From Selaginella moellendorffii (taxonomy: Eukaryota > Plantae > Lycopodiophyta): a DNA stretch of 64,000 nucleotides. Location of the stretch: positions 2,620,494-2,684,493 of the forward strand of contig NW_003314268.1 of assembly GCF_000143415.4 (NCBI RefSeq), read 5' to 3'. The translations under genes and the position numbers were made by a program. The first letter of the stretch is position 1, and each line of letters opens with the position of its first letter. Below are positions 26,855 through 39,957 of this stretch, one piece after another. The notes beneath the pieces are model-generated. The model saw only the letters and a list, made by a program, of their open reading frames with translations, did not search any database and was not told the origin of the DNA.

Positions 26855-28213
26855 TCATGTCAGCTCAAGTGCAGAGACTACTAACCTGTGGGGAAAAGGC
26901 CGGATGCGGGGCTCCATCATGATGAACTTCTGCATTTGTTTCTCCATCTCAGCCCGCTTCTTTGCCAGTGCTACGACATCTCCAGGATCGAACACGGTGC
27001 CAGAACGATCCGCCATCTTTCGTCCTTGTTCCCGGCCATGAAACTGCTCTAGAACCCGGTCGCGTCGAGATGATATGCGCACTGGGAGCTCGTTTGCAGC
27101 CATTTTCTTGCCTGCTGGATGATGAGAGTAGCCACCAGTCGAGAAGAGTGGATCATCCTCCGGAGTGGCTGAGAACAGCCTTGGCTGCTGGTCAACTTCA
27201 TTTGCAGGAAAGACGACGAGAGGATCCTCCATCATCACGTTTCCCCGGCTTCCCTGCTGGCCATGCACTGGATCAGCAGCACGAAAGAGTGGATCGTTTC
27301 CGGATGCAGACTTGTGGCGAGCACCAGCGGGAAGAGCAGACGGTGGCAGCCGCCTTGGTGGCCTCAGGAGCTCGCGAATTAGGGGGTCAGCAGCCGCCTT
27401 CTTCCTGCCGGTATTCAACTGCGATGATGGTCGAGGCTCCACTTTGGTAATGAGGTGCTCCCGCTGGTTGCTGCTGCTGCCGCTGTTGCCACCGCTAGGC
27501 TGATGGCCATACTCCACCAGGATGTCGTCGTGGTCGTGCACCTTGTTCCTTCTCCTCTTCAAGAGTATCCAGACTCCAGTGACGATAGCTACCAGTGCGA
27601 GCAGGAGCATAACGATGCCTGCCGCGAGCACACCAGGTGATGCCACGAATGCAGCTGCAGCTGCTGCTGCTGCTGAAGATGGTGCTGACGACGCCGTAGG
27701 CGGAGAGGTGTCCAAGCCAAGGGGCCTTGGTTGCCACGTTATGGTCGAAGGTGGTGGCGATGGCGGCCTTGGGTTCCACGTTATGGTCGAAGGTGGTGGC
27801 GATGGTGCCCTTGGGTTCCACGTTATGCTCGAAGGTGGTGGCGATGATGGCCCGGCCCTCCTTGGTCGCCAGGTTACAGTGTCGGCCTTGTTGGGCGGCG
27901 AAGAAGAAGGTGGCGCTCCATCATCAGCTCGTCGATGTCCATGGTGCCTCTTTGGCTCTGCTGCTCGATGTTCCTTGGTGGGCGGAGAGCTCGGTGGTGG
28001 ATGTCCAGCTCCATGATGCTCAGGAGAACTCGGTGGTGGCTTTGCTGGTGAGTGATATCCCTCTGTGGGATTTGCTGGTGAGTGACTGTGCCTCTTGGCT
28101 GGCGCCGGTGGAGACCTCTTTGGTGGCGGAGATGAAGTTGTCGGCGCCCTCTTTGGCGATGGTTTGGGCGGCGGCGTCCTCCTCGTGTGCTCCTGGTGAG
28201 GCGGGCGAGCCAT
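26855..28213 (-). CDS. Pro-rich membrane protein, copy 3 (C-terminal frameshift, possibly pseudogene)
   Basis: 452-aa ORF. A 1-nt insertion after ALELT truncates it, and homology continues to ~26670. Confidence 0.65.
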   Translation of the reverse strand: MARPPHQEHTRRTPPPKPSPKRAPTTSSPPPKRSPPAPAKRHSHSPANPTEGYHSPAKPPPSSPEHHGAGHPPPSSPPTKEHRAAEPKRHHGHRRADDGAPPSSSPPNKADTVTWRPRRAGPSSPPPSSITWNPRAPSPPPSTITWNPRPPSPPPSTITWQPRPLGLDTSPPTASSAPSSAAAAAAAAFVASPGVLAAGIVMLLLALVAIVTGVWILLKRRRNKVHDHDDILVEYGHQPSGGNSGSSSNQREHLITKVEPRPSSQLNTGRKKAAADPLIRELLRPPRRLPPSALPAGARHKSASGNDPLFRAADPVHGQQGSRGNVMMEDPLVVFPANEVDQQPRLFSATPEDDPLFSTGGYSHHPAGKKMAANELPVRISSRRDRVLEQFHGREQGRKMADRSGTVFDPGDVVALAKKRAEMEKQMQKFIMMEPRIRPFPHRLVVSALELT

Positions 28214-28800
28214 AGTTAGAGATGAAGCTTACCAGAGAGAGTCGCAGTATTTCAGCTCAAGCTCGCTTGCTTACCAGAGTCTTGTACGTATGATGTGTAC
28301 GGTAAAGGAATGTATTTTCCTACAAATAGAAGAATGGTATATTCTTGAAAGTTTTAAGAATTTGAAATCTGGGCCGTCTATTGGACAGTCATTGTTCTAC
28401 AATCTAGACCGTGCATTTAAAACTTTCTGGACCGTTCCTTTATATACAATCTGAGCCGTACACTGCATAAAATCTTTGGCTGTCATATTAATTAAATCGA
28501 AGCCGTCGATCTGACATGATCTCAACCGTCCCATATTTAACTGACACACACGTGGCTAATGTGATTCGTTTAACATGGGCCGATCTTTGTAATATGAACT
28601 TGTAAAGTTTTAGCAACGTGGAATGGCGATTTTTGGGAACTTAGTGATCCTCATTTGAAGGGTTGGAGAGAGATTATAGAAACGAGAAGAAAGTCTCAAA
28701 CACGGATAGATAAGGACTAAGCAATGCCGTCGTGTGCTGGCTCGAGCTATAAATATGAGCCCAAATCAAACCACTTCTAACAAGCTTACTCTAGCAGATC

Positions 28801-28980
28801 ATGAAGAACAAGGCTTTCTTCATGTTGTTTTTGGCACTCGCCATGTTTGTGATGATGCTGGCCATGGGCGTGGACGTGGGAGGAATCGCAAAGGCTGCTG
28901 CCCAGCGCTGCCAGTCGGGGTGGTATTGGTATGACAACGGTTGCCACCGTTGCCAGAGGGGTTGGAGCTGGCGCAACTGA
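28801..28980 (+). CDS. Secreted Cys/Trp-rich peptide, copy 3 (59 aa, last Cys lost; not in ORF track)
   Basis: MKNKAFFMLFLALAMF...QRCQSGWYWYDNGCHRCQRGWSWRN*. 18-nt deletion between gctggcgcaac direct repeats. Confidence 0.7.
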   Translation: MKNKAFFMLFLALAMFVMMLAMGVDVGGIAKAAAQRCQSGWYWYDNGCHRCQRGWSWRN

Positions 28981-30163
28981 AACCTCCAGTTTCACGGGGT
29001 AAGAAATTTGCCTTTGATGTCATCATTCTGCAGTGCCAAGCTCAATCAAGACACTGATGACGTGTTTTCTGTATCGTGGGATGCTGCATGGCATTGCATG
29101 AGTTCCAGCAATAAAATATAAATTGTCCAAGCCTTGATATAAAATGTCTGCATCTGTCCTTGGTCCCTCTCCTCTCTTCTCCAAATCCCTGACTTCCAAT
29201 CGATTGCTCCAATGATCGGCAAGCAATAAGACTCGATTGGAGCATCAAACCAGGCCCAGGCACACCTAGCGGTGGGAGTGAAGGTCGGGGGGAGCTGCGG
29301 AGGATGGTAGTGGGATGGATTTCGCTGCGTGCAATGCAATTAGTACGGGTGTGACAACAGCTGCCATCGAGGGTGGCGCTGGAATGGCAGCCGCTGCTTC
29401 CGCTGAAGAATTGCCAAAGCTCGGGCCTCAAAGAACCAGGAACGAATCTCGAATCATGAAAAGTGATATATATATAGAATAAGAGTATGTTTTGGAGTCT
29501 ATTCACGTGTTTGGTGCCATGAGACTGTCAATGATAAAATGGTGCGTTTTCTGCAAAGTTGTTGCTGCAGTGTAACGTTAGGAACTTTTTCATATAATCT
29601 GGACTCAAATTTATATAAACTGTGAAAAAACTAAAAATGTTGTCTTTACTGATCTGGAATCACAGCTTCACTTCGTGTGTTGTTCTATGTCCCAGCATTA
29701 CAGAAAAGAAAAGGAATTGACAAACATGGAACGACTTCCTCAGCTAACTTTTAAAGGACAAAAAGATGCCGTCCCAAGAGGCTAGCATTGTATGCTGCCT
29801 CGAGCTATAAATACGAGCGGCCTTACAGATCAAATCACTTCTCTCGAATATACTATACCACGAGGGCATCGGTGGCAAGGAGCGCCTTTGCAACATGGTG
29901 AGAACCGAAACAACACCAAGCAAGCCTATGAAACTATGGCGGCTCTGTGATCGTAAGTTTCCTCTCAGGGATTGTTTTGCAACGTTTGGCTTGTTCTTTG
30001 AAAGCGCATTTAAATAGGAGCGATATGAAGAAAAAGTGGCATTGAAAAATCCAGGAAAACACCCGTACTACCACGCAGACGTACTGATTCAAGCCTCTAG
30101 AACACAGCAGTCAGTGCTGCCCGGTCCTGCTGGTCGGGCAGTAGTTCCCCCGGCTCACCACGG

Positions 30164-31545
30164 GTGGCCGATCTAGAGCAGCGCGCATTGTCGCTCGACG
30201 ACGACTACGCGCAACTTCTCACAGCTTGCATCGAATTGCGTCAAGGCGCCACGCGCTCATCCTTGGGAGCACCCACCACTAATCCAGCAGGTACCTCGCA
30301 AATCTTCTCATCCAACTCTATGGAAGGTGCTAGCGCGCGGATCGAGCATTGGCAGGTGTTTATCAGCATCCACGAGCCCAACAGATTCTCCTGGAACGTG
30401 CTGCTTGGCGCTTATGCCCAAAGTGGGTATCTTGGGGAAGCAAAAGAGCCGTTTGATCAGATGCCACAAAGGGATGTTTCTGCATGGATGATTTTTATGA
30501 CGGCTTGTGAAAACAGTGGAAACTTGGAGGAATGTCGAGCATTGTTTGATCAGTTTCAGAATGGGATGTAGTTTTCTGGAACTCTCTACTTACAGTATAT
30601 GCCCATAACGGGCATATGGATCAAGGGTCTTTGATGGAATGATAGAACACAACATAGTTTCTTGGGCTGTTATGGTTACTGGGTATGCAAGAAAAGGTCT
30701 TGTTAACGACGCGCTACGTTTTTTTTATGAGAATCCCCGAAACCAACGAGCTGGGATGAACTGTTCTTGTCCCTGCATATCCCCAGCTTGAGCATAATGA
30801 AAAAGCCAAGGAGCTTTTCAGTAAAATGTGCCACAGAAGAACGTTGCATCGTGGTCGACAATATCACAGCACTGGCCGAGAGAAACCAGCTCGAAGAAGC
30901 TCGTATTCTCTTGGATCGACCTGAGGACTTACATGATCTTGGCCTACTCCAACCACGGCCACCTCAAAGAAGCCATGAAGATGTTTGCACGGATGCCACA
31001 GCGCGATCTCGTCGCTTAGTCGGCAATGGTGGCGGCAATTGCTTTGCACAGGAGCTTGTTCGACCAAATGCCACAGCACGATAGCGTCGTACATCCAGAG
31101 CAATTGCCCTCGTCCAAGCGCGGGAGCCCATGCTGGTGAGAGTCACAGCGATCTGGATTGCCGCGAGCACTCAAAGGGGGAATCTCTTGCAGCCCGGGAA
31201 GATCTTTTCCACGTTGCCTGATCGGCACATTGTCCCGTGGAACGCGATGATCCATGGCTGCGCACAGAATGGCCATGAGCGAAAGCCACTGAGTTTTTGG
31301 CAGCATGGCGATGGAGGGCGAGGCGAGAAACGAGATAAGTTTCCAGGCGATTCTCCTGGCTTGCAATCACGGTGGGAAGCTCCGTGTGGCACTCGACTAC
31401 TTTCGATCTATGGTGGCCGAGTACAGCATTTCTCCATGTGATTCACTTCCAGGCGATGGCAGATGTGCTGGGACGAGCCGGGCTGGTTGCCGAGGCCGAA
31501 GGTCTGCTGCTGGCAATGCCCTTCTAGCCGCATTTCCTCGCGTGA
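30164..31545 (+). pseudogene. PLS-E PPR pseudogene, copy 3
   Basis: Same fragments as 2070..3620, reversed and truncated in the E motif. Confidence 0.85.
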
Positions 31546-31717
31546 CAATTTGTAAATAATAATTTATTGATTCTTGATACAATTTTTGGAACTAATCGTT
31601 ATAAATTAAAGTTTTTATTTATTCTAATCACTATAAAGTAAAGTTTTCATTTAGTTTAAAGTGAATAATCTTTGATAATTTACAATTTCCATTATACACT
31701 TTTATTATGCTCTTTTT

Positions 31718-32580
31718 TGGGCAGAGAGCTCGGTGGTGGATGTCCAGCTCCATGATGCTCGGGAGACCTGGTGCTCCATGATGCTCAAGAGAGCTCGGGC
31801 TGACCCCCAAATTCGCGAGCTCCTGAGGCCACCAAGGCGGCCTTCCCATTGGTGCTCTGCATCCGGAAACGATCCACTCTTTCGTGCTGCTAATCCAGTG
31901 CATGGCCAGCAGGGAAGCCAGGGAAACGTCATGATGGAGGATCCTCTTGTCGTCTTTCCTGCAAATGAAGTTGACGAGCAGCCAAGGCTGTTTTCAGCCA
32001 CTCGTCCTGATCCGGAGGATGATCCACTCTTCTCGACTGGTGGCTACTCTCATCATCCAGCAGGCGAGAAAATGGCTGCAAACGAGCTCCCAGTGCGCCT
32101 ATCATCTCGACACGACTGGGTTCCAGAGCAGTTTCATGGACAGGAACAAGGACGAAAGGTGGAAGATCGTTCTGGCACCGTGTTCGATCCTGGAGATGTC
32201 GCAGCACTGGCAAAGAAGCGGGCTGAGATGGAAAAACAAATGCAGAAGTTCATCATGATGGACCCCTGCATCCGGCCTTTTTCCCACAGGTTAGTAGTCT
32301 CTGCACTTGAGCCAGGAAGTGCGATGTGGAGAACAGCCCCGAGATCACGAGCGACGAGAAGCTTCTTTGGAAGTTGACAGCCAATGATCCCAAGTGGGTC
32401 AAGAGTAATTTGGAGGTGGAGCCATCTGCTCCGGGGCATGCTTCTTTGACAAGTGAGTTCTTCCACCTTTGAGAGAGACAGGGAACTTGATGAGGTATGT
32501 TTCTTTGAAGCCAATTTGTATAGATGCTACTCCTTGATTGTAGGCATTGTGAGAGACAAAACATAAGAACAAGTGAAAAA
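31718..32580 (+). pseudogene. C-terminal fragment of the Pro-rich membrane protein
   Basis: ADPQIRELLRPPRR...ALAKKRAEMEKQMQKF, preceded by an antisense piece of the N-terminal repeat. Confidence 0.8.
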
Positions 32581-32819
32581 CAAATAGAATTGAGAGTGAA
32601 ATCTAGCTTTCTCTTTAGTCCTTAGGGTCCTCTTACCTTAAATGCTTTTCATACTCCACCACCCATAAACAAAGTTTGATGTCCTCATCGAACGCTAAAC
32701 CATTTTATAAAGTAATATTAGCATGTATTACTCTTTCCATATTTGGCACATAACTAATATTCGTCAATAGTTTAACACTAAAGGCTCACCATGCCTTGTC
32801 CATTCTTTAAGGAGCATAA

Positions 32820-33184
32820 TGTAAACAACTAAAGGGAACGACTCAAGAGACGATCCATAGGGTTCAAATATAGAGGGAAAAGGCTCATGAATAAAAGTGC
32901 ACCCTCTTTTCCAATCGGTTAAAGGTGTTGAGATATTTGGGGTTAAGTGTCCTTAGGTTTGAATAGTACTGGGTTAGGAAGTCCAAATTTAGGAGCTTAT
33001 ATTTAGTATCAGAGAGGTCTCAGGTCCATGGGATTCAAATATAGAGGGAAAGGGCCCATGAATAAAAGTGCACCCCTTTTTTCAATTGGTTAAGGGTGTT
33101 GGGATATTTGGGGTTAAGCATCCTTGGGTTTGAATAGTACTGAGCTGGGTGACATCCCGGAAAGTTTAAATTCCAGAGCTTACA
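32820..33184 (+). mobile_element. Internally deleted Cassandra-like TRIM
   Basis: TG..CA ends with TSD CATAA (32815-19 and 33185-89). LTR, degenerate PBS tagtatcagag, then partial second LTR with a 5S-like domain. Confidence 0.8.
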
Positions 33185-34751
33185 CATAATCTCTCTAACA
33201 TAGAGACTCATTTGACCACTTGTGGTGGTTCTTTCCTTTTATTAGTTTAATTCTTGTTAAACCTCTTAAAAACACCTTCTTTATCTCAATCCCACTATTC
33301 ATTCTCTAATATTCTTAATTTTTATCGATATAACTTTTGCACTTTGGAACTTTTAATTTTGACTTTTTGAAGTCGATTTCCTAAGTGTCTCTAACACCTT
33401 GCATTGCACATATTGTGCAACTCCACTTCCCCATCCTTGGAAGTTCTCTATTTAAGGGCATCATCATTTTCTTTTCTATTTTGTGTCACATTTGGCACTA
33501 AGTTCCAATTATCATAATTCGTGTTAAGGCTATCCACAGCCCTACCATTTGACTACCTTATTGCTTATTCCTTTGGAGCTTTCACTTTCACCAAATCGGA
33601 GCAATTGAGAATCCATCCTTGGAAATATATTGCCTTTCCTACAATCCATTAGCATCCAACATCTTGGTGTTTCTGGTCTAACTTTGCCATTTAGATTCCT
33701 TTTCATAATTCCCATGGTTGTTTTCTTAATCACTAGTCTTTGCTTCTATCCTTTGATTGTTGCACCTAGCAATATAAGATTGCTACCTCCATTCTTGAGG
33801 TATTCTTTTGGTTCCATAGTAAAGATTTTTTTTTGCCAAGTCCAGAGGGTGTTCACCCCTAGTATGTCTTTTTAGCATTTTCTGCTGTGGGCTCTATCCA
33901 TAGCCCAACTTTGTGACCCTCCCATAAGTTTTTTTATAAAGATTACTTTCTCCAGACTCACTATGCCATCGCTTTGACATAACTTTTTTCCTTTAGGTGT
34001 TTTTCCCATTTGATCACTTTGACCAAGCCACACCATCATCAATAGTTCAAACCAACACTTTGAACTAAGAATGTTATTCCTCAACTTCACAAGGACCTTG
34101 TCTTTACTTAGTCATAAGATCACTTAATGATCTACCCTTGACACCATAACTGGTTTGCCAATAAGTATTAGGCCTTCTAGATCTTTAAGTTGTTGACCAT
34201 GAACCCAGGACACTTGGTAATGTACCCAAGTTAGCCCTTCTAGCCAAGGGTCCATAGCAACTAAAATTGGGTGTCCCCATCTCATTCACCACGTCATTGA
34301 TGCCATTTATACCAAAGTGTTCAAATTAAATATGCCGAGCTTTCACACTAAGCTGTCAAGACCCCCAACAAGATCAAGGCTGGAAAATGCTAAAGACAAA
34401 GAGAAAAAGCTAGTGAAAACAAAGAAGAGGCCTTAGACTAGCGTTGATTCAGATTGTGGAGAAATGGAACAAGGCTAACCTATATATACTATAGGTTGAT
34501 GAAGCTCCACCACTCTTGGATCGAGGACGGCCTAAATATAGTTGAGGTCGAGGAGGCGCCACATCAATATTAGGAATGTGGCTCGAGACTCAGGAATCGG
34601 GAAGTGTTTTGAGAGTTAGGAATAGGGAAGTGTCTCAAGAGTCAGGAATAGGGAAGTGTCTCGAGAATCAGGAATGTGGTCTGCAGGTCAGGAATCCGGC
34701 GAGAGTCAGGAATATGGCAAGAATTGGGGGATTCCTAACAGCACCCCCTCC

Positions 34752-37700
34752 TCAAGAACGAGTGGAACGAGAATGTGAATGAGAACGACGAGGAGGATGA
34801 GATGAGCGGCGAGGGATGGGAGATGGAGAAAACGAATGAGGACTGGGACGACTAGGATAGCGGCGGTGGAAGTCCTGAACAAGGTCAGGAGAATGAATCA
34901 GGTTGTCCGCAGGTTCCCAAGTGTGTTCTTCAGGCTCGTAACCCTTCCAGTCGACCAGATAGTAGAGTTTAGACCGTGAAATCTTGGAATCAAGGATGTC
35001 CTGAACCTCGTACTCAGACCCATCCTCGAGCTGCACTGGTGGAGGTGGAGGAATGACCCGATTGGGAATAGGACTGGGAATATAAGGCTCAAGGAGAGAG
35101 GAATGAAAAACGGGGTGAATTTGATATGAGGAGGGAAGTGCAAGGCGATAAGTGACAGGATTAATGATGGCAGTGATAGGGAAAGGATCGAGGCGTTTGA
35201 AATCAAGTTTTGGACAGGGCCTGGTGGTGGAGATATTTTGCCTGAGGAGCCAAACTTTATCCCCGATATTGTAAGGGGGACAATCCTGACGATGGACATT
35301 GGCAAATGTTTTGTGAGATTCCTGAGCACGATGGAGGTGGAAGGAGATGGAGTTGTGGATTTCTTGGAGGTTGGAGACAAATGCCTCAGAGCGGGGATTT
35401 GAATGAGAGGATTCGGATGGAGAAGGAAGTGAGAGATTGAATCGGGGATTTCAGCCAAAGTTTGCAAAGAAGGGGGAAATTCGAAGAGAGGAGTGGATAA
35501 AGTTGTTATAAGAGAACTCAGCAAGGGGAAGGATATCGAACCAGTTATCCTGATGATAGTTGATGAAGCACCTCAAGAATTGTTCCAACGTCTGAATCGT
35601 TCGCTCGGACTGCCCATCAGTTTGAGGATGATACGCCGAAGAGAGGTTGGCCTTCACTCCAAGCAGCTGCAAAAACCGTTGCCAGAAATGAGAGATGAAC
35701 TGAGGCCCCCGATCCGAAACCACATCTGTAGGAATCCCATGAAGTCGGAAAATTTCCCTGAATACCAGTTTTGCCATGTCCTCGCCCGAAAACTCCTTGG
35801 TACATGGCAAGAAGTGCGCCATCTTTGTGAAGCGATCCACCACGACTAAAATGCTGTTGAAGCCTCCAGAACTCGGAAGATCACTCAAAAAATCCATGGA
35901 GATGGATTCCCAAGGACCTGAAGGGACCGGAAGGGAACGAAGCAAACCTGAAGGAAGGTGGCGAGGTACCTTATTCCGGGCGCAAGTGTCACAAAAGGTG
36001 ACAAAAGCTTTGATGTAGTCGTCCATGTGAGGCCACCAAAAGTCCCGTGCAACTAGCTCATAGGTTTTCGCAATGCCAAAGTGACCAGCAGTCGGGCTAT
36101 CGTGGCACGCCATTAGGACCAACCTTCGAGCATCACCTTCAGGAACGTAAAGCTGCTCCCCACGGTATAATAAGCCATCTAAGAACTCGAACTCGTCAAA
36201 TCATCGGCAGTCGGGAGTCACAGGGTGTCCAGCCTGAAGATGGGGGAAAATGTCGATGGCGAGATCATCGGATTGAAGATTGTTTCTGATGGCATCCATC
36301 AAGGAGGAGTTCTGAGGGGCCAGGGAAATTGCCATAACTTGAAGCCGATTAGGACCGAGGATAATTTGATCCTGTTGATCGAAGGCAGGATTACCAGGCC
36401 TGAGACTGAGATAGGAGCGCCTTGAAAGAGCATCAGGAAGGCCTTGAAGCTTTCCAGGTCTATACTTGATAACAAAGTCAAACCGACTCAAGAATTGTGC
36501 CCACCTTGCTTGACGACGGCTTAAAACTCGAGAAGTGGCAAAGTACTCGAGATTTTTGTGATCCATCCAGACTGTTGTTTGATGGCCCGCCCCCTCCAAG
36601 AAACGGCCCCACTCTCCAAAGGAATCCACGATGGCAAGGAGCTCTTTGTCGTGGATTTCGTAATTGATCTCCGCAAGCTGGAATTTCCGAGAATGGAAAG
36701 CGACCGGATGAAGTTCTTGATCCGCTCCGAGTTGAGACAGCACAGCACCGATGGCAAAGTCGGAGGCGTCAGCCTCGATGAAGAAAGGTTGTGAGGAATT
36801 AGCATGGATCAAAACAGGAGCAGAATTGAAGGCTGCCTTGAGTGTGTCGAAGGCGTGCTGGGCAGCAGTAGACCAAGAGAAGGGGACATCCTTGCGAGTG
36901 AGATGCGTGAGAGGAAGGACAATGTCAGAGTAGTGATCAATGAATTTGCGGTAGAAGTTGGCGAAGCCAAGGAAAACCTGAACGTCCGACATTGATTGTG
37001 GAGGCTCCCACTCGAGAATAGTCTTGACTTTGGCAGGATCCATCGTGATACCCTCAGGAGTGACAATGTACCCAAGGAACTCCACAGACTGCTGATCGAA
37101 GGAACATTTCTCAAGCTTCGCGTATAGGCCGTGTTCTCGCAGCTTTGCCAGCACCTTGCGTACATGTTCGTTGTGCTCCTCCTGAGTTCTTGAGTAGATG
37201 AGGATGTCATCGAGGTAGACGATCACCATCTGATCAAGAAACTCCCGAAAGACGTCGTTCGCCATGTGTTGGAAAACTGCTGGAGCATTTGTCAAGCCAA
37301 ATGGCATGACAGTGTACTCGAAGTGGCCATAGCGGGTTCGGAACGCAGTCTTCCATTCATCACCAGGCCGGATCCGGATCAGGTTGTATGCGCCACGGAG
37401 GTCAATCTTGGTGAAGAAGCGGGCACCGCCGAGGCGTTCCAACAGGTCCGAGATCAGGGGCAGCGGATAACGGTTCCAAACAGTCACCTTGTTCAAACCT
37501 CGGTAATCGATGACTAGCCGCAAACTCCCATCCTTCTTCTTGACAAAGAAGGCAAGCGCTCCAGCCGGGGACTGCGAATGCCGAATGAACCCTGAGGCAA
37601 GGTTCTCATCCACGTACTCTTTGAGGGCCTTAAGCTCGGACGGGGATAACCCGTAGATAGGCCCCTAGGGAGGCGACGCTCCTTCCTGTAAATCAATGGG

Positions 37701-38360
37701 ACAGTCATAAGGCCGATGAGTAGGCAGAACACTAGCTTTTTTCTTGTCAAACACATCCCCAAAATCATGATACTTCTCAAGAAGATTGACAGGAAAAACA
37801 TGCAAAACAAAAAGGAAAATAGGTTCTTCATGAAGGAGTTCTTGCATAGTGATTGTGGAGATAGGAGGACATGTACGCCTAAATGGAATGATGAGACGAG
37901 GATACTATCCAGTGTAAGATGGAAAAGAGGAAAAAGAAGAGGGTGAAAACTTCGTAGAATCAGGAACAGAACCCCGATTTGAGTTTAGGAACTTTTCCTG
38001 ATTCGGACTCGATGAACAGCAGGGGAAGCCGTGGGAGATGGTGATATGGGAGAGATGAGCTGTAAGTCCTTCCAACAAATTTGAGGCTGATGTAGTTGGA
38101 ACCAAGGAAGACCGAGCACCACAGAGGAGGACTTGCTGTTGATGATATTGAAGGCAATATCGGTGACGGTGGACCCAATGTGTACTCGAACGGGCAACGT
38201 TTCCCTAATTCCAGAAGATGGAGACACAAAATGCCCGCCAATGCCTTCAACCCTCAGATCCCGTATGGTAGGAGAAAGAGGAACGTGATGTCGGGCAGCA
38301 AAGTCCGTGTCCATGAAGCAGGAAGTTGCACCCGAGTCCAGTAGCGCCTAAGCCTTGAGT
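34752..38360 (-). pseudogene. Pol (PR-RT-RH-IN-chromodomain) with premature stops
   Basis: ORFs 37985..38314, 36201..37613, 35451..36122 and 34752..35036. Confidence 0.92.
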
Positions 38361-38496
38361 CCTGATTGTCTAGTGAAAGAAAGGAGACATGGGACGCAGA
38401 AGTTGCGGGAATTGGTGGTGGCTTTGATAAAAGGTGGTGAGGAGCTTGATAAGGAAGAAAAGTGATTTTTATTCAGGGAGTCCAAACAGACAACTC

Positions 38497-39450
38497 CTAC
38501 TCTGTTTGGACAGGGTCGTTTCCCGACTGCAACAGAGGTGGACTTTGAGGCAGAGTGAACTCAAGCAATTGGGGAGGCTTCTTGGGACACACAGTTGCTT
38601 TGTGATTAGGATCAGCACAATAGAGGCAAAGATTATGAGATATTCGACGTTGCTTCTCAATAGGACTCAAATTCCCTTTAATGAGTCGGGGAGTACCAGA
38701 AATATCCATCGGGACCGGAGCAATAGGTTCAGGACTATGCCCCGAAGACTCAAGCTGGGATTCCTGAGTCTGGGACGGAAAAACAGCGGCGCGGTGACTT
38801 TCCTGACGACGTTCAAAGAGACGATTGTCATATTGAACAGCTTTGTTGATGGCGTCTGACAGGTCCTTGGGATCCTCCATGGTGAGCAACAAATCCTTGA
38901 CACCGTTGTTGAGGCCAAAACGAAATTGGTCAATCAGGGCCCGCTCATCCCACTGAGTGTCCAAGGCAAGGAGTTGGAACTCTGCAGCGTAGATCGAGGC
39001 AAGACGAGACCCCTAAGAGAGACGTCTCATCTTTGTGGTAGCAGCCCAAACCCGATCCGTCTCGCCAAAACATGCTTCGAGCTTCTCTTTGAACAATTGA
39101 AGATCCATTAGCTCCGGAACCACGAACCCTTTCATGCTCTTCTCCAGAAGAGGAGAAAACCATGACAAAGCTGCACCCTCGAGCAACGTCCCAATCGCGC
39201 CGATTTGAGACTCAGGAGTGGGGTACCGCCGATGTTGAAGTGCAAAGATCAGCTTCATTTGGTTCAAAAATCCACGAAGCTCCAAACGCTTGCCTGAAAA
39301 TTTCGCCGGGAAACTCACCTTCGGTTCAGGAACTTTGCTGGATCCTTGAGCCGAAAGTGAAGCAAGCTCTTGCTGCATGCGAAGAAGGGTCGCCTTCAGC
39401 TCGGTATTCTCAGACTGGATTTTTGCAAGGACTTCAGCAAAGAAATCAGG
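38497..39450 (-). pseudogene. Gag with one in-frame stop
   Basis: FPAKFSGKR, LLEGAALSWF and a zinc knuckle. TAG at 39013..39015. Confidence 0.88.
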
Positions 39451-39957
39451 ATGGCTTGGAGACTCTATTGGCAAGAAGAAAGAAAAGAAAGGGGGGAAAA
39501 AGACAAAGGCAATCAAATAATCAAAACAAGCTAAAAGAAAAGCAAAAAACACAATCTGAATCAAACTGTCAAGACCCCCAACAAGATCAAGGTTGGAAAA
39601 TGCTAAAGACATAGAGAAAAAGCTAGTGAAAACAAAAAAGAGGCCTTAGACTGGCGTTGATTCAAATTGTGGAGAAATGGAACAAGGCTAACTTATATAT
39701 ACTATAGGTTGATGAAGCTCCACCACTCTTGGATCGAGGACGGCCTAAATATAGTTGAGGTCGAGGAGGCGCCACATCAATATTAGGAATGTGGCTCCAG
39801 ACTCAGGAATCGGGAAGTGTCTTGAGAGTTAGGAATAGAGAAGTGTCTTGAGAGTCAGGAATAGGGAAGTGTCTCGAGAATTAGGAATGTGGTCTGCAGG
39901 TCAGGAATCCGGCGAGAGTCAGGAATATGGCAAGAATTGGGGGTTCCTGACATAAGC

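Larger units (their letters stand above)
26300..31545 (-). repeat. Inverted copy of the module (corresponds to ~2270..7650)
   Basis: Membrane protein (-), peptide (+), paralogue B and PPR (+) in reverse order. Confidence 0.9.
34354..39952 (-). mobile_element. Full-length Ty3/gypsy chromovirus (Tcn1/Tf1-sushi-like), inactivated
   Basis: LTRs 34354..34740 and 39567..39952, TSD TAAGC, PPT at 34741..34755. Gag with CLYCADPNHKATVC, protease LLDSGA, RT YLDD, RNase H, integrase HHCC and a chromodomain. Confidence 0.97.

Noticed and set aside
34580-34720. CRISPR-like spaced repeats (CAGGAAT..GAAGTGTCTC)
   Set aside because: These are ~26-bp tandem LTR subrepeats without unique spacers, in eukaryotic DNA.
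36201-39015. Programmed readthrough or RNA editing of chromovirus stops
   Set aside because: Several scattered transition-type stops are better explained by decay.
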